NCBI GenBank assembly: GCA_038087875.1
Contig: CM075988.1
Span: 19,284,001-19,348,000 of the forward strand
DNA: 64,000 nucleotides
Reading direction: 5' to 3'
From: Malacoraja senta
Taxonomy: Eukaryota
This document shows, piece after piece, positions 25,045-38,778 of the stretch; the first letter of the stretch is position 1, and every line of letters begins with the position of its first letter. A program made the translations under genes and the position numbers. The notes below the pieces were generated by a model, which ran no database searches, was not told where the DNA came from, and saw only the letters and a list, made by a program, of their open reading frames with translations.

Positions 25045-25932
25045 CAGCAGTGTCTATACTGGAGTGAACCAAGTGTCATGAATCAAGAGTTAAGAGAATC
25101 AAGAGTGTTCGATTGTCATACGTACCAGCAACTGAATAATGAAATTCTCACTTGAACCGGTTAAACTGCAGCAGGTAAGAATTTCATTGTTCTCTTGCTG
25201 GTACATATGACAATTAAACACTCTTGACTCTTGGAGGAGATGAGGTCTTAGGTGACTGTGTTGGAGAGCAGGGAACTCAGTGAAAGATTTGGGCCAGGAA
25301 TTCTTGTTATGAAATTCATGCTGCGTTTTATTTTATTCCATTTCGGTGAAGATATAGCAAATAATTGTGTTTTGTCGTGGCAAAAATGGAACTTTATGGG
25401 GTGTGCGTGCTTTGGCAGCTGGTGACTCTTGCAGGTCAAGTCAGTGAAGAAGGTCTTAAGTTCTGTCTAATAGAAAATGTGACCACACCAAACTGCATGG
25501 CTGTCAAGGGCACAATAACATTAGCCAGGGTTGAAGCTTCTGAATGCCGACATTTAGTCGAGTGATGTTGCACTTTTAAAAGAAGTACTTAGCACCTTTT
25601 GTACAGTTGAGGTGAAATCTTCCTCGGCAGTGTTTGTGTCCCTTGCCATTTCATTCTTTATTGATTGACGCAGAGGATTTATCTTGCTGATGGTGTGGAA
25701 GATATTTCTGAAGCCATAATTCATAGCTTGTCCGTGACCCATCGAAAGGTTTCATGAGTGATTGTATCCATGCTGGCAGGAGAATACTAAATGTGACAAA
25801 CTGCAATGTTTTTGGGGAGTTGCTTTGGGAGAATCTCTGGCTTGAGATCTGAGATGTTTAGAGTCTGCAGACCTGTTTAATGCAGTTTGCATTGTTTCAC
25901 TCCAAAGCGAAGAGCAAGGAATAAGAAACTGC

Positions 25933-26778
25933 TGAGAGGAATAGATCAGGAAGATGCCCAGAGTCTCTTGCCCAGCATAGGGGAATCGAGATTAGAGAGA
26001 GATTAGATATTCCTTTATTTGTCATTCAGACCTTTCGGCCTGAACGAAATGTCATTGCCTGCAGTCATACATATAATAATAAATAACAAAACACACAATA
26101 AACACAAATTAACATCCACCACAGTGAGTTCACCAGGCACCTCCTCACTGTGATGGAGGCAAAAGTCTTAAGGTGAGGGGGAAAAGATTTAATAGGAACC
26201 TGAGGGGTAGTTTTTTCACACAAAGGGTTGTGGGTGTATGGAACGAGCTGCTAGAGGAGGTAGTTGAGGCAGGTACAATCGCAACGTTTAAGAAACATTT
26301 AGACAGTTACATGGATAGGATAGAGTGGAGAGGGTGCATGTTGGTCAGTATAGATGAGTTGGGCCAAAGGGCCTGTTTCCACATTGTAAGACTAGATGAC
26401 TCTATTTGATAAAGTCCCCCACGGTAGGCTGATCCAGAAGTTTAAGATGCTGGATGTACCAGTGACTTAGTCATATGGATTCCCAACTGGCTTACTGATA
26501 AAAGACTGAGGGTTGTGCTGGAAGGACAATATCCAGGCTGAAGGTCTGTGACCAGTGGAGTTCTGCAGGGATCTGTGCTGGGACCAGATCTCTGCTATAT
26601 GTGATATTTATATAAATGACTTGGATGTAAATCTAGACGGATTGGTGAGTAAGTTTGCAGATGATGGCACAGTGGCGCAGCTGGTAGAGCTGCTGCCACA
26701 CAGCGCCAGAGACACGGTCACCATAGACGAGTTGGGCCGAAGGGCCTGTTTCCACGCTGTAAGACTCTATGACTCTAC
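25933..26778 (+). mobile_element. Nested CR1 fragments with an inserted LINE tail (~25990-26170) and SINE head
   Basis: RGKRFNRNLRGSFFTQRVV; IYINDLD..SKFADD. Confidence 0.7.
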
Positions 26779-26840
26779 GACTTCATGCTGCTTCGAGACC
26801 CTCTTCTTCACGGGAGATGCGCTTGCCAGGAACGGGACAT

Positions 26841-27163
26841 TTTAGTTTATTTTAGTTTAGTTTAGTTTAGAGATACAGCGTGAAAACAGGCCCTTCAGAC
26901 CACTGAGTCTGCGTTGACCAACGAACATCCATTCATACTAGTTCTGTTATCCAACTTTCACATTCTGCACAACATGGGCAATTATACAGAAGCCAATAAG
27001 CCTAAAACCCTGCATTTATTTGGAATGTGGGAGGAAACTGGAGCACCTGGAGAAAACCCACAGGGAGAACGTATAAACTCTGTACAGTCAGCGTCCGTAG
27101 TCAGGATCGAACCTGGGTATCTGGCGCTGTGAGTCAGCAACTCTACCACTGTGCCACTGTGCT
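26841..27163 (-). mobile_element. V-SINE (HE1-like)
   Basis: Tail, V-domain and head on -. Confidence 0.8.
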
Positions 27164-27415
27164 GCTCGGTGTTAATGTCCTCAACAAGACATAAACCTTT
27201 TAGTGCCCAGGGGAACAGGAAAGTGAGTACAGGCAAACACTATTCATTCCCTTACTCTTCATTTTTCATTTCTCTGCCTCATCTTCATTTTTTTCTTATT
27301 TTGAATAAAACATTAGTTTGCTTTAGATTTTTGTTAAGGCCATCACATGTATGTTGGTCTGTCTATCATTTGCTACGTACAATTCAGTTCAACTCTGCTC
27401 TAAATCATATGTTAG

Positions 27416-28035
27416 TGTCATAGAGTCATATGGCATGGAAACATGCCCTTCTGCCCAACTCATCCATGCCATTCAAATCGCCCCATCTAAGTTTGTCCCA
27501 TTTGCCCGAATTTGCTCCATATCCCTCCAAACTTTTCCTTTCCACGTACCTGTCCAAATATCTTTTAAATATTGTTATTGTACCTTCCTCAACTACCTCC
27601 TCTGGCAGCTCTTTCCATATACCCACTATCTTTGGAGTGGACAAAGATGCTTCACAGCTTCCATTTAAATCTTTCCTCCGTCACCTTAAACCTATGCCCT
27701 CTACGATATGATACGATTCGATATGATAGAACTTTATTTATCCCAGGAGGGAAACTGATCAGCAATAGTGATAAAAACATAAAGTACGCAACACATAAAA
27801 TACATGAAACGTGAAATTATAGTGACGAGTGGAAAGGCTGTGCATTCATTCACCCTATCTATTCCCCTCATGATTTTATACACCTCCATAAGATCACCCC
27901 TCACCCGCCTGCTTTCCAGAGAATACAACCCTAGCCTGCCCAACCTCTCCCTACAGCACAAACCCTCGAGTCCTGGCAACATTCTCGTAAATCTTCTCTG
28001 CACTCTTTCCAGCTTAATGGCATATTTTCTATAGC
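27416..28035 (-). mobile_element. CR1 3' fragment with a nested LINE tail
   Basis: LERVQRRFTRMLPGL..LGLYSLE..RGDLMEVYKI. Confidence 0.8.
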
Positions 28036-29245
28036 AGACAGCACATTTAATATAGCGTGATACTTTGAGTGAAAACAAATGTTGTCTGAAAGTAGTAAGG
28101 GGTTCACGTTTGATCACTATTAATCACATAATCTAATTATTACTGGAAGCTGGAGGCAATTGGTTTCAAATGTTTTACACTCGTCTATTCTCCAAAGTGG
28201 AATGAGCTCCTAAACTTCGGGAAATGATTATTCTGCCACAGTTTTCCTGAACACTAAATGTAGCCATTTGATTGAAAGTAATTCTGCGTGATATTTTACA
28301 TGAATTGGACTACCAGCACTGAAAAAGAGAGCTTTGCATAAAACACGTGCATTTTGTTTGGGAAATTAAGATGAATAATCTTTCAAAGTGCACTTAAGAA
28401 ATTAAATAAGGAATATTTGTATTGCCTTGAAAAATTGAGTATGATTTGGAAGATAAAATACCAAGATTTGTCCTGTTTGATAAGATGAAGCTTGAATTTG
28501 TCAACCATTTTGTAGAATTTATTCACATCTGATTGAAATAATCAATATTCTAAATAAACTAATTACCATAAACTATTCCTTTTATTCTGACCTGCAGTTG
28601 ACAGGTTAGTGTATAAAAGTAAACAGAAATGTTGCCTTAAGATGGCACAGTGGTGCAGCTGGAAGAGCTGCTGCCTCACAGCACCAGAGATCCAGGTTCA
28701 ATACTGACCTCAGGTGCTGTCTGTGTGGAGTTTGCACATTCTCTCTGTGACCACTTGGGTTTCCTCCGGTTCCTCCCACTTCCCAAAGGAGTGCCGGTTT
28801 GTAGGTTTGTTAGCCTCAATAATGGTCAATTGGTCATTACTGACCAATCCTTTTTATTTTTTATTTTTTTATTTTTATTTATTAGAAGTACATTACATTA
28901 CAACCAATTACATTAGTACTCATCACGTATATCTTATTACAATTAATGTACTCCGTCATTTTTTACACTGATAAAAAGGAAAGGTTGAGATTAAGAAAAA
29001 AGAGAAAGTGAAGGAAAATAGTGAAGGTGTAAAAACGCGACAACAAGAAAGAACAGAGACCCTGTAGAAAAGAAATTAAAAAGAAAGGATTAAGAGATAG
29101 ACCCTAAAGAAGAAAAAAAAAGAGAAAGAGGAAAAAAGAGAAAAACAAATACTTTGTTATAAGCATCACGCAAATGGGATATACCAACTCTCCAGCTTTC
29201 AACCCCCTTTACCTGACCTCATTTTTTTTAAAGTACTTTTGCACC

Positions 29246-32200
29246 CTATACTTGTAATAATTCTATAAATGCAGACCACGTCAGGTGGAAGTGATCTGGT
29301 TTACCTGCCAGGAGGAGTCTTATCTCTTCTAGGTGTAATGTTTCAAACATATTTGAAATCCACATGTTTATAGTTGGTATTGGAGCGTTTTTCCAGAATT
29401 TTAGGATTAACTTTTTTCCAGTTATTAACCCGTAATCTATTAATTTCTTTTGAAACACATTTAGTTCAGGACTATCTTCCGTTGTTCCGAAGATAATCCA
29501 TTCTGCTTTTGGTATCAGTTTTATTTTAAATAATTTTTTGTACAAAAAACAAATGAGTGTGCTATAGTAGCTTCTTGAGATTGACATTTATCACAAATGG
29601 ATGATATATTTGGGAAAATTTTATTAATTTTAGTTTTTGAATAATATAATCTATGTAAAATTTTAAATTGTATTAAAGTGTGTCTTACATTAATCGAACA
29701 TTTATGCACGTTTAATAAATGTTCATTCCACCTTTCCTTTGAGATTTTAATAGCTAATTCTTGTTCCCAGTCTCTTCTAATACCTTCCGTAGATGGTATT
29801 TCTACATTTAAGATAATATTATACAAATATGATATTAAGTTTGCTGATTCAGATTGTATCTGCATTGCTTCATCCAATACATCTGCTGGGATATTATAAT
29901 GATCTTTTGTATATTTTTTCAAATAGTCACATATTTGAAAATATTTAAAATATTGATTATTTCCCAGTTTATATTTTATTTGTAATTGTTGCAATGATAG
30001 TAATTTTCCAGTTTCATACAAGTCACCGAACGTTTTAATTCCTAGTCTATCCCATTGTATAAAAGATTTGTCTGTAATAGAGGGATTAAACAAAGGGTTA
30101 TTAACTATTGGAGATAAAAGCTATAGATTTCTTAATTTTAAATTTTGTTTTATTTGTTTCCAAGTTCTGATTGTACTATGTATAATTGGGTTTTTGTTAT
30201 AATTTATGTTATTCAGTTTCATTGGTGAGAGGAGGATCGCTCCAATGTTACCAGAGGAGCAGTCCTCTCTCTCCATTACAATCCAGTCCACTTGCTGGGC
30301 AGAGTTGTCCATCAGTTGGATCATATTTTTAATATTTACTGACCAATAATAATACATGAAGTTGGGGAGTGCTAAGCCCCCTAATACTTTAGCTTTGTTC
30401 AAGTGTGTTCTTTGTATTCTATGGGATTTATAGTCCCATATAAAATTAGTAATGTCTGAGTCCAATTTTTTTTTAAACTTCTTTGGTAGGTATATAGGAA
30501 TCGATTGAAATAGGTATAAAATTTGTGGTAAGAAGATCATTTTTATTGCATTTATTCGGCCTATTAAAGACATCGGAAGCGTTTTCCAAAATTTAATTAA
30601 TGTATTTAATTTATTAAGTAGATCATAATTTGCTTTGAACATGCCTTGATATGTTCTGGTGATTTCAATACCCAAGTATTTAAATTTTTCTGTAGCTATT
30701 TTGAAAGGGAATTTTAAAAGATGTGTTGAGTCTTTCGGTTTTATTGACATAATTTCACTTTTATTCCAATTTATTCTGTATCCAGAAAAGGATCCAAAGT
30801 CCTCAATTAGATTTAATATGTTTGGTATAGTAATTTGAGGTTTTGTAATGTACAATAATATATCATCCGCGTATAAAGATATTTTATTATTTGAGTATTT
30901 AGTATTATACCCATGGATATCTGGATGTGTTCTAATTTTTTCTGCTAAAGGTTCAATTATGAGAGCAAACAACTGTGGTGATAATGAGCACCCTTGTCTG
31001 TTTCCCCTTGATAGTTGAAATTTCGATGATAATAAATTATTAGTTAATATTCTAGATGTAGGTTTATTATATAATAATTTAATCCATAAAATAAAATTCC
31101 CACCAGTTGGAATTTTTGTAATACTTTATCCATATAATTCCATTCTACTTGGTCAAATGCTTTTTCAGCATCCAGCGAAATAATTGATAATTCTTGTTCT
31201 TCAATTTTGTGTGAGTGCATTATATTGAGTAGGCGTCTCATATTATTAGATGAATATCTCTTAGGGATAAACCCCGTCTGATCTGGGTTTATTAATTTAC
31301 TAATATATTTACTTAATCTTCTAGCTAATGTTTTCGCTAATATTTTTTTAACTGTATTTAACAATGCTATAGCTCTATATGAACCCGGTTCTTCTATATC
31401 TTTGTCTTTTTTAAGTATTAGTGTGATCGTTGATTCAGCTAATGTATCAGGTAATATTTGTTTTTTAAAAGCATATTGATACATTTTTTGTAACCGTGGT
31501 ATACTTTTGTCATAAAAACTTTTATAAAATTCATTAGTAAATCCATCAGGACCTGGAGTTTTTCCATTCTTTAATGAATTTATTGTGTCTTCTAATTCCT
31601 TGATTGAAATTTGTGCACCCAATTCCTCTTGTTCCTTCAACTCTAACTTTGGAAGATTACAATTATCCAAGAACTCTGTAATTTTATTGGAGTCCGTTGT
31701 CATTTTAGATGTGTACAAGTTCTCATAAAATTGCGCAAATCTTTTATTAATATCCTTCGGTATGGTTAGTAATTCCCCTCTATCTGATTTAATCTTTTGG
31801 ATCGTATGTTCTTTTTCTCGTTTTTTTAGCTGACAAGCTAAAAGTTTATGCGGTTTATCCCCAAATTCAAAGTGTTCCTGTTTTGTAATTTGGAAAAGTC
31901 TTATAAGTTTGGCTGATAATAGTTTATTTAATTTAAATTTCAAAATTATTATTTTATTATGTTTATCTATTGATGGATCTTTAGCATTATCTATATCCAT
32001 TTGTCTAATACGTTCTTCTAACTGTCTTTGTTTATTCTTATTCTTATTATTTTGAAAAGCTTGGTATGAGATTATAACACCTCTAATAAATGCTTTAAAA
32101 GATTCCCATAGTAAAGTAGGCGATATATCTGGAGTGTCATTTATTTCAAAAAAGACGTCCATTTGTTCTTTTAAATATATACTCGCTTGCGGATCTTTTA

Positions 32201-32979
32201 GGATTTGAGAATTGAATCTCCAAAACGATTTATTCTTAGACATTCCTTCCAGTTTTAAAAAGAAAGTTAGTGGTGAATGGTCTGAAATCGAATTTGTTGG
32301 GTTCACAGTGTGAGGGATTCATTTTGTATCCACCAGGAAATAATCTATACGTGAGTATGTTTTGTGTACCATTGAATAAAATGAGTATTCCCTGCCAGTC
32401 GGATTAGCAATTCTCCAAACATCTGTTATATTGGTATTGTTTATATACGTATTTAAAAGTTCACTAGTTTTAGATTTTGTATTCCCTCTCTGTTTTTGGC
32501 TTGATTTGTCTAAATACAGATCTAAAACACAGTTAAAGTCTCCTCCTATTATAACATTTTGATAATTAAATTCTGCGATTATGTTCAGAATTTTATTGAA
32601 AAAATGAGGATTGTCAAAGTTAGGCACGTATATATTTACCAAGGTAATTGGAGTATCATGAATTTCTCCGGTAACTATCAAATATCTCCCTTCAATGTCT
32701 GTTATGGTATTCTTTGCTTTGAATGGTATATCTTTTCTAATAATGATTGATGTACCTCTAGATTTCGAAGTATATGAAGAATGATATATTTGACCATTTC
32801 GCCCTCAACCTAGCTTGATCCTGGGATTTTAGATGAGTTTCTTGTAAGAAAATGATGTCAGAATTGTACAGTTTCAGCTGAGCTAATATCTTACCCCTTT
32901 TAATAGGTTCATTAATACCTCTTATATTCCAACTGCAGAATGAGACTCCTCCTAGGTTCTTTTGTTTAACATCTTGCAT
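29246..32979 (-). pseudogene. L1 ORF2 (APE endonuclease, RT, CCHC), multiple frameshifts
   Basis: SWNIRG..FLQETH, GGDFN, SRIDY, SDH; KTPGPDG, LDAEKAFD, RQGCSLSP, LYADD; CDKC..HSFVFC. Confidence 0.92.
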
Positions 32980-33873
32980 TTTGAATAATTATAATACCTT
33001 TAAATCTTGCGGTGCATCCATGTCCCAGGTCTTTGGGTATTGGGGGAACCTTTGCATTACTAAGTTTTGTTGGCATATCCCTTTTACGCTTATCACTAAA
33101 CACAAAACACAAACATGTGACTTTATGTGGTAATAATAATAATTTTTTAAAAATTGAAAAAGTGAAAATACAGTGTCTAAAATGGTCGACACTGTAACAA
33201 GTGGCCCACCTGTAGGTGGGAGAGAACCTTGTTTCGACTTCCATTGTTGATGTTAAACAAATAACACCGCACCCTTGGTTAATCATAACATAATAGGACG
33301 GGGCCTCACAATCAGATATATAATACAAATTTACCCTATATATTTCATTATAACATATCATATATATATCGCAATTTTAGCTAGTAATTATTAAACGAAT
33401 GATTTTACCTTCAATAATAATCAACTGTTGGTTGAAGGGGTTAATGAAACATGCTCCTGGACCTGAGCCAGGTGCTCGTTTCTCATCCCCTCCTCCCAGT
33501 TATAGATAAGGTTTAGATTTAGTAAAAATTTATGTTAGTTATGTTAGTTCGTTATTTTTTTTATTAGCGTCCGTTACTATTCTAGTTTAATATTGATAAC
33601 TTGTTAAATTGTTAAGTTGTTAATAGGATCAATTCTTACAATTGGATTTAATATTATAATCTATTAAACGATTAATGCTTCTGGTATAGTCCATTCTCTT
33701 CGGTTCGGCTGTTTACTTCGTTTGGAACACAGAATGTCCTTGAGTTAAAATTCCACAGATAACCAGTCTCGCCATCCTAAACAAAACACTACATGAAATG
33801 GTTCTGAGCTGCCGATCCTCCATTAACTGTGGAATTCTAATAAAAAAGAAGTTTGTTCATACCATTTAGTTCT

Positions 33874-34967
33874 CTACTTTTCAACGATGCTCTGGGCATA
33901 TTTGTACGCATCCTCCGGGTTTACAAATGAGCTTTCACGTCCATTATAAGAGATGCGCATTTTAGCTGGATAAAAGACACCGTATCTAACATCTTGTTTC
34001 CCTCTTAAAAGTTATTTTGCCTTTCCGAATTGATTTCTCTTTTGCACAATTTCATACGGATAGTCCCTGAATATTTTGATAATGTCGTTATCAAGCCTCA
34101 GTTGCACTCCATATTTGATTTTACTCATCACGTCTTCCAGTTCTGAAATGTCTCGAAATTTCACAATAATCTGTCGTGGGTGGTCTTGTCTAGCTTGAGA
34201 TCTCGGTTTAAATCTCGGTACACGGTGTGCCACTTCAATTTTCGGTTCTTTGGAGAGATTAAGCAGTTGTTTAAGTAAGCCCATGGCAAACTCACAAATG
34301 TCCCTTCCCTCAGTTCCCTCTGAGACTCCAAGAATTCTCAAATTCTGGCGTCTAGAATGAGCTTCCAGGTCCAGGCATTTATCTGAAACTTTCCCCAGTT
34401 GAGTCGTCATCTGTACTGAAGTTTGCTCATGTTCTTGCTTCATTTGATCATGTTCTCACCTTATTTTCACCATGTCTTCAGCCACTCGAGCCATATTTTT
34501 CTCCAATTCCGTGATTGTAGCCATACTTGCAGCTGCTGTTTCAAGCACAGCCGTGAACCTGTCCGTAGTAACTTTTTCCATCTTATCCATTCTCCCCGAT
34601 AGTCCATCTTTCACATCATCAATTCGTTTATTTATAGTGTCAAGTGAATCAATCACCTTCTGATTACCAGCATCAATAACCTTCTGATTACCAGCATTCG
34701 AATCCGTCATCATCTTTTCGATTTTTTCCATCATTTTTCCATCAGAGTTTTATTTTCATCCAGAATTTCATCTTTCATTTCTTTCACTGATTTCTTCAAA
34801 TCCTCAAATTCTTTATCCTTAGCCAGCTCTGTCTTAGATCTTGTATCCATTTCTGCAGCCACTTCAGGAACTTCAGAGGTAACTTCTCCTTCAGGATTCT
34901 TCAGGATTTTCAGCAGCTGTTTTTTAACTGTTCTCTGAGGACTCTGAGCTGGAGACAGTCTTTTCAT
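33874..34967 (-). pseudogene. L1 ORF1 (coiled-coil, RRM, CTD), frameshifted with a premature stop
   Basis: DLEAHSRRQNLRILGVSEG..PRQIIVKF..IFRDY..YGVFYPAKMRI. Confidence 0.9.
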
Positions 34968-35006
34968 TTAAAAGTCCTTAAGCCACCGTTTAAAACATCG
35001 CGCTTA

Positions 35007-35022
35007 CTGATGACGTCATCAG
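35007..35022. promoter_or_regulatory. 16-bp palindrome with CRE core in the L1 5'UTR
   Basis: CTGATGACGTCATCAG, 16 nt from the L1 5' end. Confidence 0.55.
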
Positions 35023-35071
35023 CACAGCGACCAGAAGCACTGACCAATCCTTTGACCAATAAAAATCAATA

Positions 35072-35378
35072 ATGGTGGCGCAGCAGTAGAGTTGCTGCCT
35101 TACAGCGCCAGAGACTTGAATTCCATCCCGACTACGGGTGCTGTCTGTACGGAGTTTGTATGTTCTCCCCGTGACTGCATGCGTTTTCTCCTAGATCTTC
35201 GGTTTCCTCCGACACTCCAAAGACATACAGGTATTTTGGTTAATTGGCTTGGTGTATGTGTAAATTGTCCCTAGTGTGTGTAGGATAGTGTTAATGTGCG
35301 GGGATCGCTGGTCGGCGCGGACATGGTGGGCCGAAGGGCCTTTTTCCGCGCTGTATCTCTAAACTAAACTAAACTAAA
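35072..35378 (+). mobile_element. V-SINE (HE1-like)
   Basis: Head, V-domain, (CTAAA)n tail. Confidence 0.85.
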
Positions 35379-35379
35379 C

Positions 35380-35537
35380 AGATTATCGAGCCATTACCAC
35401 ATTGCTGTGTGGGAGCCCACTGAGCAGAGATTTGCCATTACCTTTCAGCAGTATGCCCTCAAAGTAGTTTATTGACTGTAAACCTCTTTGGGATAGTCTG
35501 AAGAATGTGAACGTCTCCAGAACAAAATAAGTCTTTA
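35380..35537 (+). mobile_element. Degenerate Deu/SacSINE-like 3' half
   Basis: CATTACCACATTGCTGTGTGGGAGC...TTGACTGTAAACCTCTTTGGGA resembles the recalled DeuSINE 3' region. Confidence 0.5.
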
Positions 35538-35936
35538 ATCATCACTTGGCTGTAAGTCATAAAATATTTGCTCAATAAATTTAAGACTTGTTTTCTCACG
35601 GCAATTAATTGTAGCCGACTGTTTTTCCTTTTTTACCCACCAACATAACCAGCATATTCATCCATCACTAAACCATTGGGTGGTGTGGCGAATCATCGTC
35701 ATACAGCACTGAAAGAGGCCCTTTCGCCCAACTCATCCATGCTGTGAAAGATGCCCCATCTAACTCCCATTTGCCCATCTTTGGTCCATATCACTCCAAA
35801 CCTTACCTTCCCATGCATGTGTCCAAATGTCTTTTACATATTGTTATTGTACCTGTCTCAACTACTTTTTCTGGCATAGAACACAAAGTGCTGGAGTAAC
35901 TCGGCGGGTCAGGCGGCATCTCTGGACGACATGGAT

Positions 35937-37981
35937 TAGGAATGTTACAAAATGTTCAGATTTTAAAAATCAAGCCTGTAATTTATTCCATCAGATAAAG
36001 CATAAAAAGAACTTTAATTTGACACCTGATTCACTTTCATATCTTCAGTATTAAAAAAGTTATGGTCATTTTCATACTCGGAAATTAGCATCTTGTTCCC
36101 TATTGCTTTTCCATTAACTTAACACAAAAGCTGTGTTCGAGGACAGTCAAAACCCATAATTTTCTTTAAAAATAAGAGAACTGAATGAAATGTTCAGTTA
36201 TTATAGATTGAAGCATTCTGAAACAAATATGATACATCTTACTTGAATGACCTGAAATTAAAGCATATAATTAGTTAGTTATCTAATTGTAGTTAATTAC
36301 AAATTTGACCGTTGACGGAAATAGTAATTATACACCCAGACTGCCTTGAAAATTAAAAAATGTGATATTCTCAAGATCAGAACTTTAATATTATTGTATA
36401 GTTAAAACAAATAGTAAATACCCAACACAAAAATCATATTCATCAGTGTCATCAAATCAGTTAAATTCATCTAAATGTATTGGTGGAAATGTGTCATCCT
36501 CGATAAAAATCAGCATGGGAGCACCTCAAGGCTGCGTGCTCAGCCCTCTGCTTTACTCACTCTATATTCATGACTGCGTAGCCAGACATAGTGCGAACTC
36601 CATCATCAAGTTCGCCGACGACACCACTGTGGGACGAATCACTGATGGAGACGAGTCAGAGTACAGAAGTGAGATCGACCGATTAACCAAATTGTGCCAG
36701 TACAATAACCTGGCTCTCAACATCAGCAAAACCAAGGAACTGATTGTGGACTTTGGAAGGGGATAGGATAAGGACCCACAATCCCATTTCTATCAACAGG
36801 ACGATGGTGGAAAGATTCAAGAACTTCAAAATCCTGGGCGTGCATATTTCCGAAGATCTCTCCTGGTCCCAGCACACTGATGCAATCATAAAGTAAGCTC
36901 ATCAGCGCCTCTACTTCCTGAGAAGATTACGGAGAGTCGATATGTCAAAGAGGCCCCTCTCGAACTTCTACAGGTGCACAGTAAAGAGCATGCTGACTGG
37001 TTGCATCATGGCTTGGTTCGGCAACTTGAGCGCCCAGGAGCGGAAAAGAATGCAGAAAGTTGTGACCACTGCCCAGTCCACCTCCCCACCATCGAAGGGA
37101 TCTATCACAGTCGCTGCCTCAGAAATGGCAGTGGTCACAAGACTTCCCCACAGCCATCAGGCTATTAAACGCGCTAGCAAACTGACTCTGAACTGTAACA
37201 GCCTATCGCACTTTATCTGTTCATTTATGTGTATATTGAATTGAACTGATCTGTTCTGTATTTATGCTTACAATATTCTGTTGTGCTGCAGCAAGCAAAA
37301 ATTTCATTGTCCTATCTGGGACACATGACAATAGACTAAATACAATTACTAGATCTAAACATCTATCCCATTCTTCAGAAAAGGCTAAAAATAATCTTTT
37401 AAATTGCCAATTTTTAAAAATAGACAATAACACAAAATATAGATGAGTTAGGTGTTCTTATGACATGATTGTGCAAAAAAAAAAGAATTTGGTTATCTTG
37501 AGAGTGGATTGTTTATAGATCGGAATGTGGCCGCTGCCATGATAAGCCCCGCGATATAGGCAGGCAAGACACGGCCAATATCGGGGCCTAAATAACATAT
37601 TTTTATTCATCAGATTAAAATGAAACCACATCAAAAAGCATGGTTAAGATGTTAAATAAATGATATAACTTTTGTTTTGTCCTGGTGTGGAGGTTCTTGA
37701 TGTAGATTTTGATCCGTGATGTTGAAGGCGTCAGAAGTGGCGTTTAACTTCAATCCAGCGAAGCAATCGACAAGCAACTTTAAAAAAAAACGGGAACGGA
37801 AGGCAGATCGAATTTTCTTTATCAACTTGTAAGTCCGAGCAAATACCTCTCCGACAACCAATACAAACCTGAATTTTAATACAGTCCCCTACCCCCACAG
37901 ACTCCGGAATCGCCCCCCCACCCCAGCCTCCGGAATCGCACGCATAGGCAGTGGCAGATCTACATGGATGTAACAACACTA
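35937..37981. mobile_element. Non-autonomous TIR DNA transposon (hAT-like termini) with nested Rex LINE
   Basis: TIR TAGGAATGTTACA / TGTAACAACACTA; TSD CATGGAT at 35930-35936 and 37982-37988; splits a Penelope unit. Confidence 0.7.
36477..37336 (+). mobile_element. Rex1/Babar-type LINE, 5' truncated
   Basis: GAPQGCVLSPLLYSLYIHDC..KFADDTTVG..SKTKELIVDF; flanked by CTAAAT. Confidence 0.85.
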
Positions 37982-38166
37982 CATGGATAGGCAATCCTTC
38001 AGGTCAGGGCCTTTCTTCACACTGAACCTGAAGAAGATTGAGACTGAAGAATGGTCTCAACCCGACATATCACCAAAACATGTCCTCTAGAGATGCTGCC
38101 TGGTCACTGAATTACTCCAGCACCTTATATTCCATGCAATATTCCATGTAATTCCTCTCCCCACAG

Positions 38167-38253
38167 CTCAGACCAGTGGAGATAATCAGGAAAATGCACA
38201 GGAAGAGATTACAGCTCTTGTTGCAATTAACATTTGTTTGTACTTCCACCAAG
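38167..38253 (+). CDS. Candidate 87-nt exon of an unidentified host gene
   Basis: TTCCTCTCCCCACAG acceptor, consensus AAG|GTAAGT donor, two open frames. Confidence 0.3.
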
Positions 38254-38778
38254 GTAAGTTTCTTTAATGACCTTGAAGAATAGAATAGAACAGAACAGTA
38301 TTTTCTTTTTTCTTACCATATCAAAAATATTCAATGATGTTTAAGTTGTATTTTATTACACAATCAAAATTCCAACCTTTTGATTTGGCCTGTGTGTGGG
38401 TGAATTCGAGTCTTAAAGCCATAGCGCGTGAAAACAGACCCTTTGGCCCAACTTGCCAACAGTGACCAACATGTCCCATCTACACTAGAACCACCTGCCT
38501 GTGTTTGGCCCATATCCCTCTAAACCTATCCTATCCATGTATCTGTCTAAATTGTTGAAGGAACTCAGTGGGTCAGGCAGCATCTGTGAAGGAAGCCAGA
38601 AGAAAAGACCCAACCTGAAACATCATCTGTCCAGTCCCCAGATGCTGCTTGACCTGCTGAGTTCCTCCATCACTTGGTGCTTTGCCTGCAAATGAGTGAT
38701 TAATTTGTGCAAATTAACCTAGTGTGGGTGAGTGGTGGGATATGTGTAGGAAGGAACTACAGATACTGGTTTAAACCG

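Larger units (their letters stand above)
28854..35038 (-). mobile_element. Full-length L1-clade LINE (~6.2 kb), inactivated
   Basis: 15-bp TSD ACTGACCAATCCTTT at 28839-28853 and 35039-35053; A-rich tail after AATAAA; ORF1, ~0.9 kb spacer, ORF2. Confidence 0.95.
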
